Of a DNA stretch of 64,000 nucleotides, positions 63,309-64,000 are shown in pieces; the first letter of the stretch is position 1; every line of letters starts with the position of its first letter. The position numbers and the translations under genes are program-made. The notes under the pieces were generated by a model that did not search any database, was not told the origin of the DNA, and was given only the letters and a program-made list of their open reading frames with translations. Location of the stretch: assembly GCA_027459625.1 (NCBI GenBank), contig DAIDHP010000002.1:209279-273278 (forward strand), in the 5' to 3' direction. The DNA comes from Chthonomonadales bacterium (GTDB lineage Bacteria > Armatimonadota > Chthonomonadetes > Chthonomonadales > CAJBBX01).

Positions 63309-64000
63309 CGGTTTTGTTTTTGGAGAATGGGATAACGTTCGGAATCCAATAGCTCATGTGCGGAATTGACGAGGTTCTCCAGATCCAAACCGCATACCTG
63401 TTTGAGAATGTCTGGCGATCCATGTTCGATGAAATGATCGGGCACGCCTATGTGCTTGATCATAACGTTCGACACACCGTTATCCGCCAGCAGTTCCATG
63501 ACCGCCGACCCGAAACCGCCTTTTTTAACATTCTCCTCCACCAAGACCAGTTTTCCGGTTTTACGGGCGATGCTTAATATTAAATCCGTGTCCAACGGGC
63601 GTATGAAGCGGGCGTTCACAACGGAAGCGTTAATACCCTCCTCTCGCAGATGTTTCGCCGCTTCGCAAGCGATTTGCACCATGGACCCTATCGCAAGATA
63701 TGCGATATCCGCACCCTGCATAAGCGTCTCCGCCTTGCCCCATTCCAAAGGCGTGCTTTCCACGCCCCAATCGATATTCTTCGCCGCACCTCTTGGGTAA
63801 CGCACCGCGATGGGGCCGGCATGGGCGCCGTCGGTATGTTCCAAGGCGAACCAGAGCATTCGCTTGAACTCCTCGCCGTCCTTGGGAGCCATGATCGTCA
63901 TATTGGGGATGCAACGCAGATAACTAATGTCGAAAACGCCGTGATGCGTGGCGCCGTCCTCTCCCACCAAGCCTGCTCTGTCGAGAGCGAACATCACAGG
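63305..64000 (-). CDS. dxs: 1-deoxy-D-xylulose-5-phosphate synthase, C-terminal part (5' end beyond the right window edge)
   Basis: ...PVMFALDRAGLVGEDGATHHGVFDISYLRCIPNMTIMAPKDGEE... and the C-terminal transketolase domain VVNARFIRPLD are canonical DXS. The reading frame stays open to position 64000. Confidence 0.9.
   Translation of the reverse strand, partial: PVMFALDRAGLVGEDGATHHGVFDISYLRCIPNMTIMAPKDGEEFKRMLWFALEHTDGAHAGPIAVRYPRGAAKNIDWGVESTPLEWGKAETLMQGADIAYLAIGSMVQIACEAAKHLREEGINASVVNARFIRPLDTDLILSIARKTGKLVLVEENVKKGGFGSAVMELLADNGVSNVMIKHIGVPDHFIEHGSPDILKQVCGLDLENLVNSAHELLDSERYPILQKQNR

Noticed and set aside
1-64000. CRISPR arrays, rRNA, tRNA, tmRNA, prophage or integrase genes
   Set aside because: I found no regularly spaced direct repeats, no cloverleaf-like segments in the intergenic regions I read, and no integrase, recombinase or phage structural ORFs. 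This was not tested with covariance models, so small RNAs could be missed.
63305-64000. Functional link between dxs (MEP pathway) and the isoprenoid operon
   Set aside because: dxs is 44 kb away, on the other strand, and separated by housekeeping and CAZyme genes. It is a core gene, and co-location at this distance carries no information.

Overview
A 64-kb bacterial chromosomal window of about 50% GC. It is densely coding, and I saw no rRNA, tRNA or CRISPR. The type IV pilin-like FTLIELLVVIAIIALLAAILFP protein, an LptD-like gene and many Tat-exported glycoside hydrolases point to a diderm Armatimonadota- or PVC-like organism, but that placement is low confidence. Layout: (1) 1-12118, all minus strand: a partial NuoE/NuoF-type diaphorase fusion, two paralogous membrane-anchored PQQ-like beta-propeller proteins, a GH42-like enzyme, and a compact NapG/NapH-like iron-sulfur module with an NHL propeller and a tiny Tat-signal Cys peptide. 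(2) 12313-19591, plus strand: a five-gene operon of ferredoxin, B12/radical-SAM enzyme, DxDD class II terpene cyclase, a DUF116::polyprenyl-synthase-like fusion and a GT4 glycosyltransferase. I do not recognise this combination as any described isoprenoid pathway, and it is my top candidate for a novel system. (3) 19618-26537: housekeeping and envelope genes (pdxT, lptD-like, CPBP protease, amidohydrolase, pseudopilin, GH5/GH140-like). (4) 26538-28829: a compositionally mosaic islet holding a perfect sigma70 consensus promoter, a stop-disrupted AHH-type nuclease toxin remnant, an intact double-CxxC immunity-like gene and an RHS core fragment. (5) 28830-50342: a CAZyme island (GH78, clan GH-A, beta-helix, GH99-like, esterase, GH106-like, GH36-like, GH63-like with inserted PA14, DUF2961/GH172). 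Five of the ten proteins carry Tat signals, and the island contains a transposase remnant. (6) 50441-55245: rplU-rpmA-obg-proB, a CDGSH protein and icd. (7) 55741-63308: a 2038-aa multi-PAS hybrid histidine kinase coupled to a REC-PAS-GGDEF regulator, followed by partial dxs. All family assignments come from motif reading only; no searches were run.
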